Assembly (NCBI GenBank): GCA_046758365.1
Contig: JBHIAC010000115.1
Coordinates: forward strand, 1-10,625
Reading direction: 5' to 3'
Length of the DNA stretch: 10,625 nt
Source of the DNA: a bacterium
Lineage (GTDB): Bacteria > Zhuqueibacterota > Zhuqueibacteria > Oceanimicrobiales > Oceanimicrobiaceae
The position numbers and the translations under genes are program-made. This document shows, piece after piece, positions 7,783-10,625 of the stretch. The first letter of the stretch is position 1. Each line of letters starts with the position of its first letter. The notes beneath the pieces were generated by a model. It searched no databases and was not told where the DNA came from. It was given only the letters and a program-made list of their open reading frames with translations.

Positions 7783-9609
7783 ATGGCAAGTGTTCGAATC
7801 TTGATTGTTGAAGATGAGCTTATTGTCGCCAAGAATATGCAAAACAAGTTGAAAAGGTTGGGATATGATGTTCCTACGCTCGCTTCTTCTGGAGATGAGG
7901 CCATAAAAAAGGCAGAACAGATGCGACCAAGACCCAATTTAGTACTGATGGATATTAAATTAAAAGGTGATATAGACGGAGTGGAAGCGGCTAAACAAAT
8001 CCGGGATCGTTTCAACATTCCAGTGATTTATCTCACGGGTTATTCAGATGAGAAAACATTACAGCGAGCCAAGAAAACCGCACCATTTGGATATGTGCTT
8101 AAACCGATTGAAGCTAGAGAGTTGCACGCCACTATTGAGATCGCCCTTTATAAACATAGGATGGAAAAACAACTAAAAAGTGGTAAACAATGGTTTGCTA
8201 ATACAATAAAAAGCATTGGCGATGCCGTAATCGCCACTGATGCCAATGGATCAATAAAATTTATGAACCCTGTTTCAGAAAAACTAACGGGTTGGAAACA
8301 GAAAGAAGTTTTTGGTAAGAGATTGACAGAAGTATTTAATCTAATAAATGAAGAGACGCGTGAAGTGATAGAAGAGCCTGCAACCAAGGCAATGCAAGAG
8401 GGTATTGTAGTCGGACTGGAAGAGCATACACTCCTAATTGCTAAAGATGGAACAGAAAGACTTATTGGCGACAGTGGAGCTCCCATAATAGATGATAAAG
8501 GAAAAATTTCTGGAGCCGTTTTGGTCTTCCATGACATCACCAAGCGTACACAGGCAAAAGAAGGACAGACTCGACTTAACAAAACAGCTAAAAAAGAAAT
8601 AAATGATCTAAGGCAGAGATTTTCGCATGGTTCAAAAACTGATAGCCGACCCCTAGGATTTGAAAATATTATTGGCCAAAGCAAGATAATATGCAATATT
8701 TTCATGAAAATTAATCAAATAGCAAAAACAGATTCAAATGTTCTAATATTCGGAGAAACCGGCACGGGTAAAGAACTGATCGCCCGAACCATTCATAGTC
8801 ATAGTCTGCGCAAGGATGCGGATTTTATCCCAGTGGATTGTGCGGCTATTCCTGCAAATTTACTTGAGAGCGAGCTATTTGGTTTTGAAAAAGGAGCGTT
8901 CACCGGGGCGGTAGACAGAAAATTTGGTCTTTTGGAGTTCGCCAACCAAGGGACTTTATTTCTTGATGAAATTTCAGCATTAGATGTAAATCTGCAAGTC
9001 AAATTGCTGCGGGTTTTACAGGAACGGCAATTTCGTCGGATTGGGGGAAAACAGCTTATCGATGTCGATATGCGAGTAATAGCGGCCATGAACAAAAATC
9101 CGAGAAATGCAATTTCTGAAGGTCGTCTGCGAAAAGATTTATTCTATCGTTTGAACGTGATTCCTATTCATATCCCATCTCTGCGTCAAAGAAGGGATGA
9201 TATCCCCCTCTTGGTCAATCATTTCCTCAAACAAACAATTAAGAGAAGCAATCTTGATTGCAAAGAAATTGCACCAGAAGCCATGGAATTTCTCGTAGAC
9301 TATCGTTGGCCTGGCAATGTGCGACAGCTTGAGAATATAATAGAACGTCTGGTTTTGCTGTCCCAGGGTTCCGTAATTAATGTGGAAGATCTGCCAACCT
9401 ACATCAAATCTAAAGAAAAATATGGTAGTGATTCCATTCTTGCTAAACCATTTGATAAAGCAAAGAAAAAACATCTTGAAAAGTTTGAAAAGAACTATTT
9501 TCGGAAACTTTTAAAAGACACCAATTACAATATTGCAGAGGCTGCAAAAATTTCAGGAATTAGTACGAGAACGATTTATAGAATAATTAAGCGTTATGGT
9601 AAATTATAG
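7783..9609 (+). CDS. Sigma-54-dependent transcriptional activator, REC-PAS-AAA+-Fis HTH
   Basis: REC (ILIVEDE, LVLMDI, KP), PAS (SIGDAVIATD...FHDIT), Walker A GETGTGKE, ESELFG..KGAFTGA, Walker B LFLDEI, DLFYRLNV, WPGNVRQL, C-terminal HTH NIAEAAKISGISTRTIYR. SD-like GGGGAGAGG at 7765-7773. Confidence 0.95.
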   Translation: MASVRILIVEDELIVAKNMQNKLKRLGYDVPTLASSGDEAIKKAEQMRPRPNLVLMDIKLKGDIDGVEAAKQIRDRFNIPVIYLTGYSDEKTLQRAKKTAPFGYVLKPIEARELHATIEIALYKHRMEKQLKSGKQWFANTIKSIGDAVIATDANGSIKFMNPVSEKLTGWKQKEVFGKRLTEVFNLINEETREVIEEPATKAMQEGIVVGLEEHTLLIAKDGTERLIGDSGAPIIDDKGKISGAVLVFHDITKRTQAKEGQTRLNKTAKKEINDLRQRFSHGSKTDSRPLGFENIIGQSKIICNIFMKINQIAKTDSNVLIFGETGTGKELIARTIHSHSLRKDADFIPVDCAAIPANLLESELFGFEKGAFTGAVDRKFGLLEFANQGTLFLDEISALDVNLQVKLLRVLQERQFRRIGGKQLIDVDMRVIAAMNKNPRNAISEGRLRKDLFYRLNVIPIHIPSLRQRRDDIPLLVNHFLKQTIKRSNLDCKEIAPEAMEFLVDYRWPGNVRQLENIIERLVLLSQGSVINVEDLPTYIKSKEKYGSDSILAKPFDKAKKKHLEKFEKNYFRKLLKDTNYNIAEAAKISGISTRTIYRIIKRYGKL

Positions 9610-9669
9610 CATTTCAAATCAATTCTTTGTTTTTTGAGCAAAAAAATTGAATGTTTTGGATGTCTTTTG

Positions 9670-9764
9670 AGGTAATAAGGTATAAAGGTTTAAGGTTTAA
9701 GTCTCTGATTAATTTCTAATCTTTAACTTATTCCACTATTTCCTTTTATCCTTATTACCTTTTT
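9670..9764 (+). terminator. Inverted repeat downstream of the activator gene, possible terminator
   Basis: AGGTAATAAGG (9670-9680) pairs perfectly with CCTTATTACCT (9750-9760) and extends imperfectly to about 19 nt. A T-run follows. The ~53-nt loop is atypical for an intrinsic terminator. Confidence 0.4.
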
Positions 9765-9879
9765 ATTGAGTCACACATAACCGAGTTAATTTTACTTGTG
9801 GTATCGCCACACGAGGAAATTGCTGTTTCTTACCTATATTTATCCCTTCCATTAAATTTTCAAACATAAACCGAATATT

Positions 9880-9985
9880 TGACAATGGTGTCAAATATAT
9901 GACACTTATGTCAAACCCAACACAATAATTTAAATTTTAAGAAATTAGAACTAAATTAATACGCAATTTTATGACAAATATGTCA
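9880..9985. promoter_or_regulatory. Three TGACA-N4-TGTCA palindromic operator/enhancer sites
   Basis: TGACAatggTGTCA 9880-9893, TGACActtaTGTCA 9900-9913, TGACAaataTGTCA 9972-9985. Confidence 0.8.
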
Positions 9986-10119
9986 AAAACTTGTTTAAGC
10001 GGTTTGCTGTGGTTTTGAATTTAAATTTTGATTTCTGAATTAAGAAAATATAATCTATTGGAAATAATACAATTATACTGATTTAAAACAATCCACAAAA
10101 AATAGACTTTCATCGTTAT

Positions 10120-10136
10120 TTGGTTCGATAATTGCA
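10120..10136 (+). promoter_or_regulatory. Putative sigma-54 (-24/-12) promoter
   Basis: TTGGTTCGATAATTGCA: GG at 10122-10123 and GC at 10134-10135 with exact 10-nt spacing. Close to consensus YTGGCACG-N4-TTGCW. Confidence 0.7.
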
Positions 10137-10219
10137 AAAAAGTTGTTACTTTTCTAACATTCAAAACTGGGGGTGAGATAATTTTAGAGAATTTCAACTT
10201 GGTGAGGAGGGGATATTTC

Positions 10220-10615
10220 ATGGACTCGAAAAATGGGTGGACGGTTCTTGTCGCTACAAAGGACAAGTCGATTCGAAAAGTTGTAAAAGAGACCCTGAGT
10301 AACTCCCAGAGTAAAGTAATTTTGGTATCGGGTGTTAAACAGTTTTTCGAAAAACTGTTGGGGGAGGATATTGATTTAATTATTTATGATCCTAAAATTA
10401 CTTCATTAAAAGGATTAGACGCCTTTGCATTAGCGAAGTCTTATCACCCTAATATACCTTCGATATTGGTTTATGATTATGAAAAATATGAAGTGATCAG
10501 ATCAGTACTCGATAAGGGGGTTATCTATCGGATGTTGAAGCCTATCAATGAGCAGGATTTGGCACAAATATACGATAGAGTTCGCATGCGGAGAACTAAT
10601 GGGATAGAAGGCTAA
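10220..10615 (+). CDS. Stand-alone response-regulator receiver-fold protein (atypical)
   Basis: DLIIYD, GLD, HPNIPSILV and MLKP give a CheY-like pattern. ATG 10220 is preceded by GAGGAGG at 10204-10210, so it is preferred to the TTG start at 10199. Confidence 0.8.
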   Translation: MDSKNGWTVLVATKDKSIRKVVKETLSNSQSKVILVSGVKQFFEKLLGEDIDLIIYDPKITSLKGLDAFALAKSYHPNIPSILVYDYEKYEVIRSVLDKGVIYRMLKPINEQDLAQIYDRVRMRRTNGIEG

Positions 10616-10625
10616 ATGATTTTTA

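Noticed and set aside
9797..9811. TGTGG-N5-CCACA palindrome
   Set aside because: It is a single copy with 5-bp arms, which is expected by chance.
715..10266. Short alternative-frame and antisense ORFs in the track (e.g. 2369-2740, 7236-7670, 8148-8705, 10021-10266)
   Set aside because: They overlap well-supported genes or regulatory DNA and have no recognisable motifs, so they are shadow ORFs.
1..10625. CRISPR array, tRNA or rRNA
   Set aside because: No regularly spaced repeat-spacer series or recognisable structural RNA sequence was seen.

Overview
AT-rich bacterial window with six credible protein genes. In order: (1) a 603-aa membrane protein with signal peptide, TM helix, helical region, PKD-like domain and C-terminal hydrophobic hairpin; (2) a 2TM-RCK (TrkA-N/C, MthK/Kch-type) ion channel; (3) a convergent patatin-like phospholipase with a C-terminal membrane anchor; (4) a soluble 4xPAS HisKA_2 histidine kinase; (5) a REC-PAS-AAA+-HTH sigma-54 enhancer-binding protein; (6) an atypical stand-alone receiver protein. 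The strongest unannotated signals are intergenic. A 124-bp MITE with perfect 16-bp terminal inverted repeats and an 8-bp target duplication sits in the kinase stop codon. Two copies of a 30-bp element, each preceded by a tandem-unit arm, bracket genes 1-2. Three TGACA-N4-TGTCA palindromes and a GG-N10-GC sigma-54 promoter lie upstream of gene 6, suggesting a self-contained kinase > activator > target circuit. All calls are from reading the sequence by eye; no database searches were run.
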